Shown here in pieces: positions 1 through 10,427 of a stretch of 32,000 nt of DNA; position 1 is the stretch's first letter; every line of letters begins with the position of its first letter. The position numbers were made by a program, and so were the translations under genes. This DNA comes from Zygophlyctis sp. KS116 (Eukaryota; Fungi; Chytridiomycota), in the NCBI GenBank assembly GCA_054661495.1, contig BAAFSQ010000088.1:1-32000 (forward strand), given 5' to 3'. A model generated the notes under the pieces. It was not told where the DNA came from and did no database searches. It was given only the letters and a program-made list of their open reading frames with translations.

Positions 1-120
1 ACGCGGCTAAGCTAGGGTCTGCCTCTTATCTCTTAAGTACATGCATCGGCTCTTCGCTCAAGGTTTAGTCAGATGGATTGCATTTTTACTAATTTTTCTT
101 TATTTCGATTTAATAAATTC

Positions 121-639
121 CTATGAATAATAAATTGCGTATCCATTATCGGCGAGTGAAACACGAGGCTCGTGACCAATTAAATCATATATTTGATTAC
201 TTAATGCATCACGAAAGTTTTTCTCGCCTTCTTCTATTTGGTTTGCGGAGTATGATGTCATACTCTTACCGGTAATGTAATGACCTCTTCCTTGTCTAAA
301 GCTTATTAAAATGCCCTGGACCAAACCCTCGCTGTCAACATCCCCGCAACCACCCTTCTGATAATATTTGAAAGACTCATATCCAGCGTTAGAAAATGCC
401 CATTCCAGCTTTTGATTCTTTATTTGGAGAGCCATTGAGGTGTTCAGATTGGTAACTTCATCCTTTAAATTTGAGATTGATTGACTGAGAGTGTTCATTT
501 TGGAATCCATTGAAGTTTTCAGTGAATCTATAGAGGTTTGAAGAGAGGTGGCCTCGACATGAGAGGCTGCAGCTTTAATGAGCTCTTCAGCAGCCATTGC
601 CATTTTTGATAAATCTTTTGACACAGGCTCAGTGACCAT
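121..639 (-). CDS. Uncharacterised protein, paralogue 1 of 3 (N-terminal coiled coil + conserved C-terminal domain ending IYYS)
   Basis: Intronless 172-aa ORF alignable with 1252-1800 and 2128-2649 (SKDLSKMA, LEWA.SN, FR.G.G, EEGEK.F, LIG.EP, GY.IYYS); heptad pattern in the N-terminal half. Confidence 0.85.
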   Translation of the reverse strand: MVTEPVSKDLSKMAMAAEELIKAAASHVEATSLQTSIDSLKTSMDSKMNTLSQSISNLKDEVTNLNTSMALQIKNQKLEWAFSNAGYESFKYYQKGGCGDVDSEGLVQGILISFRQGRGHYITGKSMTSYSANQIEEGEKNFRDALSNQIYDLIGHEPRVSLADNGYAIYYS

Positions 640-741
640 CTATATACTTAAATGGCTTTATTACCTTTTTTCAATTCAAAAATATTGGACGATCAACCTA
701 CATGCATTGATAGTCTAATTTGACATAAAAATATAGCTATC

Positions 742-770
742 GGACAAAATATGGACAATAGATGGACAAA
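742..770. promoter_or_regulatory. Triple GGACAA motif upstream of paralogue 1
   Basis: ggacaaaatatggacaatagatggacaaa; near-identical at 1872-1900 and degenerate at 2720-2747, each ~70-130 bp upstream of a paralogue ATG. Confidence 0.5.
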
Positions 771-914
771 GAATCAGAACGCCGTTTTGGCACAAAAATA
801 TTCATAAAAATGAAACATTACTCTGCGGAAAGAAAAAGAAATCACTAGGAACAAGACTTTCAAGGAAATTAAACCATTGATAAACTTCAGGACAGCGACT
901 TCTACTTTCGTCTT

Positions 915-1175
915 ATAATACAATCTCTTTCAGCCGCGATTAGTTCCAAATAAAATTTTACTGCTTGGCTTGACACCGTTAAGTTGGCTTTCTCAGCAAC
1001 TTATCAACTAATGAGCCAATCATACACAATAACAAAAAGTGTGGAGAAACATATCACATATACCAGTTATGCCGTTAAAAGAATTTTCTTAAGAATTTTC
1101 AAAAGAATTTTTATGAAATGAAATTGATCATAGTGTTGATGTTTATTCAAAGCATCATTAGAATCTATGGCTTTA
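915..1175 (+). repeat. ~260-bp duplicate of 2881-3138 (upstream region and signal-peptide exon of protease 1)
   Basis: Direct alignment by eye, e.g. gcgattagttccaaataaaattttactgcttg ... gcatcattagaatctatggcttta in both copies. Confidence 0.95.
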
Positions 1176-1213
1176 CCTCAGCTATCAGCAATATGGTTGT
1201 TCAGAAGGAATAA
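1118..1213 (+). pseudogene. Orphaned copy of aspartic protease exon 1 (31-aa sORF MKLIIVLMFIQSIIRIYGFTSAISNMVVQKE)
   Basis: First 19 codons match the protease 1 signal peptide MKLIKVLMFIQGIIRIYGF; homology stops at 1175, before the intron donor; no protease domain follows. Confidence 0.75.
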
Positions 1214-1251
1214 ATTTGGCTAGATTTTCTTTATTTCGCTTCAACAAATTC

Positions 1252-1800
1252 CTATGAATAATAAATACCGTAGCCATTATCGGCGAGTGTAACTCGAGGC
1301 TCGTGACCAATTAGAAAATACATTTGATCTTTTAGTGCAACAATGAATTGTTTCTCGCCTTCTTCTATTTGGTTTGCGGAGTATGATGTCATACTATGAT
1401 CGTTAATGCTGTAACCACGCCCTCGTCTAAACCATACGATAATTTCCTGGACAAGATCTTTGCTGTCGATTTCTTGGCTATTATTCTTCTTATAAAATTT
1501 GAAAGACTTATATCCGGCGTTGGAAAATGCCCATTCCAGCTTCTGGTTTTTTGATTGCAGAGCCAATTCTCCTTGTAAAGATGAGATTAGAGTGTTCATT
1601 TTGTAATCCATTGAAGTTTTCATTGACTCTATAGACTTTTCAATTGAGGAAGATACAATCGTCAACTCTTTTAAGCAATCCAGAGTTTCTTTACTAATTG
1701 AAAGAGTGGCGACCTCAACATGAGAGGATGCGGCTTTGATGAGCTCTTCAGCAGCCATTGCCATCTTTGACAAATCTTTTGACACAGGTCGAGGAATCAT
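1252..1800 (-). CDS. Uncharacterised protein, paralogue 2 of 3
   Basis: Intronless 182-aa ORF with the same motifs as 121-639; in-frame indels in the coiled-coil part. Confidence 0.85.
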   Translation of the reverse strand: MIPRPVSKDLSKMAMAAEELIKAASSHVEVATLSISKETLDCLKELTIVSSSIEKSIESMKTSMDYKMNTLISSLQGELALQSKNQKLEWAFSNAGYKSFKFYKKNNSQEIDSKDLVQEIIVWFRRGRGYSINDHSMTSYSANQIEEGEKQFIVALKDQMYFLIGHEPRVTLADNGYGIYYS

Positions 1801-2127
1801 GTAGACGATTAAATGTTGGGATACGTGCGGATGATCAACCTAATACATGGATAACAGAAATATTAGCTGTCGGACAAAAAATGGACAATTGATGGACAAA
1901 TCTTTTCCGGTAGTCGTCTCTTGAAATTATAATCTAATGATCGTATTAGCATTTCGTAATTGACGTGTAGTACTTGTCTAATAAGATTGTTGTATAACTA
2001 ACTGGAAGGAATTAAAAATGAACAGATTAAAATACATTTTTCTGATATTTTATCTTTTATCACTGATGCATCCATCAGCTGTAGCATTTTCAAGAAGGGA
2101 TCATACTAGATTTATTTCAGTTTCTTT

Positions 2128-2649
2128 TTATGAATAATAAATACCGTAGCCGTCATCATCAAGTGAAATTATTGGCTCAAGACCAATTAAATCATAAATT
2201 TGCTCGCTTAATGCATCACGAAATTGTTTCTCGCCTTCTTCTACTTTTTGGTTTCCGAAGTATTGTGTCATACTATAGTTTTCAATGTCATAACCTTCTC
2301 CCCTTCTAAACCATACTAATATTTCCAGAACAAGATCTTTGCTGTTAAATTCTTCAAAACTGTCCTTCTTATAATATCCGAAAGAAGAGATTTCCGTATT
2401 TGAAATGGCCCATTCTAGCCTCTGATTCTTTGATTGAAGAGCCAATTCTTTCTTTAAAATTGAAACTTCTCCCTTTAAATTTGAGATTGATTGGTTGAGA
2501 GTGTTCATTTTGGAATTAACCAAAGTTTTGAGTGACTCCATAGACTTTTGAAGAGATGTGGATTCTATATTAGAGGATGTAGCTTTAATGAGCTTCTCAG
2601 TAGCGATCGCCATTTTTGACAAGTCTTTTGAAAGAGATTCAGATATCAT
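2128..2649 (-). CDS. Uncharacterised protein, paralogue 3 of 3
   Basis: Intronless 173-aa ORF with the same motifs as 121-639. Confidence 0.85.
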   Translation of the reverse strand: MISESLSKDLSKMAIATEKLIKATSSNIESTSLQKSMESLKTLVNSKMNTLNQSISNLKGEVSILKKELALQSKNQRLEWAISNTEISSFGYYKKDSFEEFNSKDLVLEILVWFRRGEGYDIENYSMTQYFGNQKVEEGEKQFRDALSEQIYDLIGLEPIISLDDDGYGIYYS

Positions 2650-2880
2650 TTTGCTTTATTGCCTTTTTTCAATGCACAAAACATTATCTTTTGCATCGCT
2701 AGTCTAATTTTACTGAATTGGACAAACTATAGACAGTTTATGGACAGTCAAAAAGAAGGTCAGTTACATAGGTAGGTTACAAAATATCTCAAATCTGTTA
2801 AAAAGAAAAATAAATCACTCCGTACACGATCTATCAAGTATCAAACCACATCGATTCTCCTCTGAAGACCTCCATATACG

Positions 2881-3138
2881 ATAATCCAATCTCTTTCAGG
2901 CGCGATTAGTTCCAAATAAAATTTTACTGCTTGACGCCGGAAAGTTGGCTTTCTCAGCAACTTATCAACTAATGAGCCAATCATACACAATAACAAAAAG
3001 TTTACAGGAAAAATATCATATTCATCAGTTATGCCGTTAAATAGAATTTTCTTAAGAATTTGCAAAAGAATTTTTATGAAATGAAATTGATCAAAGTATT
3101 GATGTTTATTCAAGGCATCATTAGAATCTATGGCTTTA
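2881..3138 (+). repeat. Source copy of the ~260-bp duplication
   Basis: Matches 915-1175; here it continues into an intact protease gene. Confidence 0.95.
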
Positions 3139-4541
3139 TATAGTAAGATTTTAAAAAACTAATTAGAAGCATCCCATTGCATAGAGTTAATCTGCAAGAT
3201 TTGCATTCAGAAAACGATGATGGACTTTCAATTGTCAAAAGACAGTCAACTATCCCCTTGGAGCATAATTCATACTTTTTCCTACTGGGATCTATTGGAG
3301 TTGGAACTCCAGCACAGAAGTTCAATGTAATCTTTGATACTGGAAGTCCGATTGTATGGATCAGATCAAGCAATTGCTTTACTTGTTCAAGATCTACTCG
3401 AGCATTCAATGCATCGGCGTCTTCATCATTTAAGGAATTAAGAAATAGTAGTCATTCAGTCTCATATGTTGATGGAACATATGTAAATGGTGAGTATGCC
3501 AAAGAATCAATTACTATTGGATCTCGAAGATTTAATAATTTCTCAGTTTTAATAGCTACAGATGTTTATGATAGCTCAAATGACTCTGATATAAATGGAA
3601 TAGTAGGACTTAGCTTTCATAAAACATTTGATGGTACAGGATCTATCGTTGGACATCAAAAAATAAGGACTAAACCAATGGCATTTTCATATTTTATCGA
3701 TTTAAGTGATTTTGCTGGAGGAATCACTTTTGGCGGAATAGATATTGCTAGATATTATGGATCACTTGCATGGATTCCTTTAATTTTTTCAGAGGAGAGC
3801 GGAGAAAAGAGTTATTCTCATTGGGCTATAAACCTGACAGGACTTTATGTATCCGGTATTTCAGGGATTGATAGACCTATATCTACTATTATGGACACTG
3901 GAACTTCATTTTCTATATTTCCTTCTATTATTGCAGACAGTATCAATTCTTTATTAAGTTTGGAAAAAGTTTCAATCGGATTTAATTCAGTTATAACTTT
4001 TGGAAAGCAATGTCATGATGGTAATATAGACCAATTTCAAAATTTAACATTACATTTTGGTGAAACTATTATCAATATCTCTCCTAGAACCTTTATGTTT
4101 TTAAAACAATACGGTGATACTTTGTACTGTGTATCCGGACTATTTGGAAAGCCGCAATTTTCCAACGACTCAATCATACTAGGAAATGTAATTCTTCGAC
4201 AATTTTATACAGTATTTGACTATGGATCAATGAAAATTGGAATAGCTGACGCTAATAGAAATTTTGACGTTGAATCAAGGATTATTGCAGCTGATTCAAG
4301 AAACTCTCCAATTGGAATCGCAGATCCTTCTTCTATTGGCGGAATAAGTTACTCTGGGTCCGTAACTCGAGTTATAAACTATTTCAAAATCATGGTATTG
4401 GCAGTTTTAGTGATCTTGGGGATACTTTTTTTAATTGGTACATTTTGGCGAAAACGACAAAAGGAAAAAGATCCAGAGCTTCATAATAACTTTCCAGGAC
4501 TAACAAATCCAGGAGTAGATCATAATTATATGCATTCATAA
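3081..4541 (+). CDS. Aspartic protease 1 (pepsin A1 family), type I membrane protein
   Basis: Signal exon 3081-3142, intron 3143-3169; catalytic FDTGS and MDTGT; flap YVDG; ILGNVILRQFYTVFD; C-terminal TM IMVLAVLVILGILFLIGTFW followed by RKRQK and a tail. Confidence 0.92.
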
Positions 4542-4594
4542 TGTATATTAATAATAATATTGTGCAACATTACTGATTTGCGAATTTTCAGAGA

Positions 4595-6052
4595 ATGATA
4601 AGAGTACTGATTATACTAGTTTTAGTTATCTGCATTGAATGCTTTATCCAGTAATTTATTCTTAATAATTATAGTATTCCTCTTGAGTTATCCGATCACA
4701 GTAAATCATTTAGCAATTTAAACAGGAAATCACTTATCAAACTCAACTCTAGGAAATCACATCATACATTTGCTCTGATCAGTCAGTTGGGGATCGGAAC
4801 TCCACCGCAATCATTTAAAGTTATCTTTGACACTGGTAGTTCTGATCTATGGGTGAGATCAGTTGATTGCAAATCTTTAAATTGTTTGGATAAGCCTGCA
4901 TTCAACTCTTTTGCATCTTCATCATTTATTAGTCTGGAAGATAGGTCAGGATCTGCTACTTATTATGATGGATTTAATATCAATGGAACTTATGGTAAAG
5001 ATTCTGTGGATCTAGAAAATAATCTTCTGCTAGAAAATGTTTGTTTTATTGCTGCTTCTGGAATTCCCAATCATACAATTGATATGGATGGAATCGTTGG
5101 ACTTGATCTTGACTCTATAAACAGGACTAATTCATTTCTAGATATAGCTCGAAACCAAAAGAATGCTTCATCTGTATTTTCTTATTATATAGATTTATCT
5201 AATATGTCTGGAGGAATTACATTTGGAGCAATAGATATTGCGAGATATCACGGAGATTTGAGATGGATTTCTCTATCTCCAACTTTTGATGATTCTCATA
5301 TTCCTCAATTTAAAGTTTGGAGAGTAAAGTTGGTACAAATATTTATACAAGGAGATTCAATGGATATAAATCCTATATTTACAATATTTGATACAGGATC
5401 TTCATTATCATTTGTACCTAAAAGTTTAGCAGCATCTATAAATCATAAATTAGGACTTTTTAGGATTGATACTGGACTACCAGGTATACACTATGGTATT
5501 CCATGTTTTGATGGTGAACTACCAGAAATCCCATCAATGATTTTTAGATTTGGTGATGTAGATTTATCAATTTCACCAAATACTATCATGTATTTACAAT
5601 CCCACGATTCTCAACTTTATTGCATGTCTGGACTAGTTGGAAATCATGGTGTTTTATCAAATCAAAATCAATCCAACACAATAATATTGGGAAATGTAAT
5701 TCTTCGACAATTCTATACTGTTTTTGATTATGGAGCAATGAAAATAGGAATATCTGATTCAAACCGACATTCTAACACGTCTTGTAAATTTATTATTGCA
5801 GATTCTACAGACTCTCCGATTGGTCTTTCTCCTCTTTCATTAATTAGAGACACCAATTTTTATGAATCTGTATCTGACACCGGCTACAAGACATTATATA
5901 TTATTGCCATGACTGTATTGATCTTGTGCGTAGTATTTATTATTTCTAAAATTTTTATATTCTCAAGGATGGATAATGGATACTCTCTAAATCATACAAA
6001 TAGTCTTGACACAAGTTTCAATCTGATAAGCAATGAATCTATGGATCATTAA
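4595..6052 (+). CDS. Aspartic protease 2 (A1), type I membrane protein
   Basis: Signal MIRVLIILVLVICIEC, intron 4651-4674; two FDTGSS motifs; TM LYIIAMTVLILCVVFII plus tail. Confidence 0.92.
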
Positions 6053-6111
6053 AAAGATAGAATGTCCGGATCATGTATAAACGACCGTCGGATCACCTAC
6101 TCCTGTAATAA

Positions 6112-7309
6112 ATGTCACTTTTGGTTGATAAATACCGACCGTTAACTCTTGACGCTTTAGATTACCATTCCCAAATCTCAAATTACTTGAGAAATTTAGT
6201 ATGAGTCAATGTCTAATTTTAGGCCGACGGAGGAGATTTGCCGCATTTGTTGGTCGTTGGTCCTTCCGGTGCAGGAAAGAAGACAAGAATTATGGCAACG
6301 CTCTCTCAGATATTCGGACATGGAGTTGAAAAAGTAAATTGTTAAATGACTGATGCAAGTTAAAAATGGAAACAAAAACATTTGTCACTCCATCAAACAA
6401 GAAGATTGATTTGAATATTGTGTCTTCTAATTATCATTTGGAATTAACTCCAAGGTTTGACATTTTAATCTCATCATAGTGATGTAGGAATGTATGATCG
6501 AATTGTTATTCAGGAATTAATAAAGGAAATTGCTCAAACTCAGCAAGTAGATTTCAATGCTAAAAAGTCATTTAAAGGTATAATCATTCCAAAGATTAAT
6601 TCTAGTGGTTGTATTTAATGAAGCTGATTCATTATCAAAAGATGCACAGGCTGCATTACGTAGAACTATGGAGAAATATATGGGTAATTTGAGAATGATT
6701 TTATGTTGTACATCTTCATCAAAGATTATATCTCCCATTCGTTCAAGATGTTTACTTTTACGTGTTCCTGCTCCTTCAGACTCTGAAATGGCGGCTGTAT
6801 TGTATAAAGTTGCAGATTCTGAAAAATTTGATTTACCTGCAGGATTTGTAACTAGACTTGTAAAAGAGTCAATGGGAAATTTAAGAAAAGCTTTATTAAT
6901 TTTAGAAGCATCTAGAGTTGCACAGTAAGACATTTTAAAGAAATTAAATTTTAATAGTTTTCCATTATCTGATGATACACCAATTTTAGCAACAGATTGG
7001 GAATCTTTCATTCAAGAAATTTCATTATCTATTCTTTCTGAACAATCTCCAGCCAGATTATTACAAATACGTGGTCAATTGTATGATTTACTTTCTCATT
7101 GTATTCCTGCAGATGTGATTTTAAAACAATTAACATTTTCACTCTTGAAAACCATGGATCAGCAAATTGTTGGAATGATTTTAGAAGCTTCTGCAGAGTA
7201 TGATCATCGTCTTCGACTAGGAAATAAGGATATTTTCCATTTAGAAGCTTTTGTTGCAAAGGTTATGTCAATTTATAAGCGTTTCTTAATGGAACTGGGT
7301 ATGGCCTAG
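6112..7309 (+). CDS. RFC5: Replication factor C subunit 5 (yeast Rfc5 / human RFC3 orthologue)
   Basis: [51 protein letters not shown]; introns 6199-6222, 6334-6359, 6455-6479, 6578-6605, 6925-6957 restore one frame. Confidence 0.95.
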
Positions 7310-7330
7310 GCCGAAAGTGAAGAATTTGAA

Positions 7331-8765
7331 ATGAGAATCTTGTTTTTACTTTTTGTTTTTGATCCATTGGTCAGAGGAGACTCTCCAATCTTTCAGTAAT
7401 TATTTCTATTTAAAGGCTAGTCTCCCATTGCATAATAATCATTTGAAAGCGATGAGACCAATCAAAAGATCCGATTCACATCATCCGCTAAAGAGACAAA
7501 CATTTGATCCATTAGTAGCCAAGGACTCTAAAAGTCTCTTTGTTTTCACTGGAACTCTTGATATCGGAACTCCAAAGCAAACGCTGGGAGTACTCTTTGA
7601 CACTGGAAGTTACAATTTGTGGGTCAGATCTATTGAATGTCGATCTCTGGAATGCTCAGGATTGCCAACATATAATCCATCAGCTTCGTCAACATTTGTA
7701 AACACTACAAAACCAGCTACAAGCATTAAATATGTTGATGGGACAACTGTACAGGGATATTTGGCATTTGAAAGTATTTCTTTGGGAACTATAAATAATC
7801 CAAAACAACAGTTTGAGGCTGCAACTGAAACTAATGATGATTCATCAGCGTATGATGGAATTTTGGGGTAATTTTATTTAAATTTTTTCTAATATTTAGT
7901 CTTGCTTTTCGTAATATTTTTACTTTTTTTTAATATTTTAGCTCCTACAACTAGTGATTTTACATTTTGGGATACAGCTATTAGATCAAAGGCTTCAAGT
8001 TCATATTGTTTTTCTTATTATATTGATTCTACAAATACTGCCGGAGGGATGACATTTGGTGGGATAGATACTGCTAGGTATAATGGAAATCTAAATTGGA
8101 TTCCAATTGTGCCTACTGCTACTTCATTCGGACAGCCTGTGTTTGTGTATTGGCAGATTAAATTGAATAGTTTGGATGTAGGCGGAATATCTATCCCATT
8201 TAATCCTACTGAAGCAGTAGTGGATACAGGCACTTCTTTAGCAATTTTCCCAATAGAGACTGCCCAAAAAATCAATAATAATTTAGGGCTTCAACAAATA
8301 GGTGCTGGATCTAATGGTTTACAAATGTATGGTGTAAGATGCTCGAATGGAGAGATTCCTAAAAATCTTCCTGATGTGGTATTTAACTTTGACTATATCA
8401 CAGTTTCTATCCCTGCATCCACGTATCTGTTTGTTCATCCAGATGATAGTGGTAGATTGGTTTGTATTTCAGGATTTGTTGGATCATCTCTTTCTTCAAC
8501 AGCAGCTCCTATCCTCGGTAATGTGATATTACGACAATTTTATATGGTTTTTGATTATTCTGCCCGAAAGATTGGAATAGCAAATGCTGACCGATCTCCT
8601 TACTTGAATTCATCATTTGTGGCTGCAGATTTCAGAAATTCTCCTGTTGGAACTGCTCCTGCTTCATTAAATGGAGGAATTAAATATAATGGGCGTAGTG
8701 GGGCATCTAAAGCATCACATATAAACGTTTTTGTATTCATGGGTTTACTCTCAATGATGTTATAA
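7331..8765 (+). CDS. Aspartic protease 3 (A1), probable GPI anchor
   Basis: Signal exon from 7331; introns 7396-7420, 7868-7899, 7911-7941; FDTGS and VDTGT; KR|Q processing site; ends SGASKASHINVFVFMGLLSMML. Confidence 0.9.
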
Positions 8766-8856
8766 TGTCTAAAATGGGATTTCAGTGTCTAAAATTCTAT
8801 TAATACTCTCATGTGCGCGATGTCTAATTTTAGACCACTTAGTTTTAAATAAAAAC

Positions 8857-10266
8857 ATGCAGCTAATCTGCTGCTTAATTCTCATGTTTGTTCTACTTGC
8901 CGAGGAAGGATCTTTGGTAAACTGTGAGACCCAATCAAGTTTTAAGTAAGTGTACTTTCTTAAAATTAGTATCCCACTTGCCAATCAATTAATGTCTGAT
9001 CATCAGTCAGACCTTTCAGGTTTGAGATTTGAGAGCACACATTTTCATTTTAATAAGCGGCAAGTGACTCGAAGCATCACTGGAAATACTCCCAGGAGCT
9101 TGTTTACTGTAAGAATTATCAATGTATTAATTCTGTAGTATGTAGGAGTTTTGTCATTTGGAACTCCTGCTATTGATCAAACATTTTTATTTGATTCAGG
9201 AAGTACTAAAACATGGATAAAAAGTTCAAAATGCAAATGTGGAGGGAATTTCAGTACTAATGCGTCATCTTCATTAATTCTTTATACTCAATCAGCATCG
9301 GTATCATACCTTGACGGGACAAGAGTTAGCGGTCAATTTGCTTCGGACATCGTATCTATAAACAATCTTACAGCTGAAAAGTTTACATTTTTTTTGGCTG
9401 AATCAATAGTAAATCCTTCTCAGCCAGATCCGGCAAGTAACTATGATGGGATATCTGGATTTGGATTTTCTTCGGACAATCCTTCATTATTTCAAAAGAT
9501 CTTTCAAAATTATCCGTCGTTATCTCCAGTAATTTCATACTTTATCGATCGTTCTGAAACAAATGGCGGAATAACTATTGGCGGTATAGATATATCCAGG
9601 TTCAGTGGACCTCTAGCAGTTGAAAGTATTATCCCAGCGAGTAAAGAAAATTCTGAAACCTTTTCTTTAAAGCTGGATTCGATCTATGTTGACAAAAGCA
9701 GCATATCTCTTGATTCGGCCTCGACTAAAAGCGTACTTATTGACACCGGAACATCATTAACTTTGCTTCCGGATTCTGTTGCCAAGTTGGTTCATCAAAA
9801 ATTAAACTTTCTTCCTCTGGGAAACGATTTCCCAGGATTTTATGGAATATATTGTCCCGAGCGCACTGTTCCATCACGATTACCCGTAGTTACAATCACA
9901 ATGGGGAAAGTTAAATTAAGGTTTACTCCTGATATATATACTTTCATAATAACCGACACTTTAAAAAACAATTCGTACTGTGTTTCTGGATTCCAAGCCC
10001 ATTCTTCAGACCAATTTATTATTGGTAATGTTTTATTAAGACGGTACTACACTGTTTTCGATATTGTTAACAAGCGAATTGGATTTGCAACATGTAACAG
10101 AAATCCAAACGTTAAATCGACAATTGTTTCGCTAGATTTGACCAAATCAGTAAAGGGAATTGCAGATCCCAGCTCTGTTTTTGGCGAAACTTCAAGTGAA
10201 TCCTTTGCACAAGAAATTTATTTAAACCGATTTATAATAATTGGCCTTCTGCCATTGCTTTTTTAA
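8857..10266 (+). CDS. Aspartic protease 4 (A1), probable GPI anchor
   Basis: Signal MQLICCLILMFVLLA; introns 8946-8969, 9109-9138; FDSGS and IDTGT; hydrophobic end FIIIGLLPLLF. Confidence 0.9.
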
Positions 10267-10427
10267 TAAAAATATAGAATGGATTTTCAATTTTACGATT
10301 TGAGAAATTTACAGCATATTTACAAGAGTATGTCGGACAAACTCCTTTCAAGTAGTGGGACTATTGTCGGGATCATTACAAATCACAATTATCGTGGCGA
10401 GTGGCACCGATCGGTTCTTAAAATAAA

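Noticed and set aside
1965-1972. GTGTAGTA, the U2 snRNA branch-pairing sequence
   Set aside because: Flanks do not match conserved U2 sequence; chance 8-mer.
2841-3409. Minus-strand ORFs 2841-3113 and 3128-3409
   Set aside because: Antisense to protease 1 and its promoter; the duplicate at 915-1175 has small indels, so the frame does not appear conserved.
9190-9204. DSG instead of DTG in protease 4 as a sign of inactivity
   Set aside because: D[TS]G is an accepted A1 catalytic motif, and both aspartates are present.
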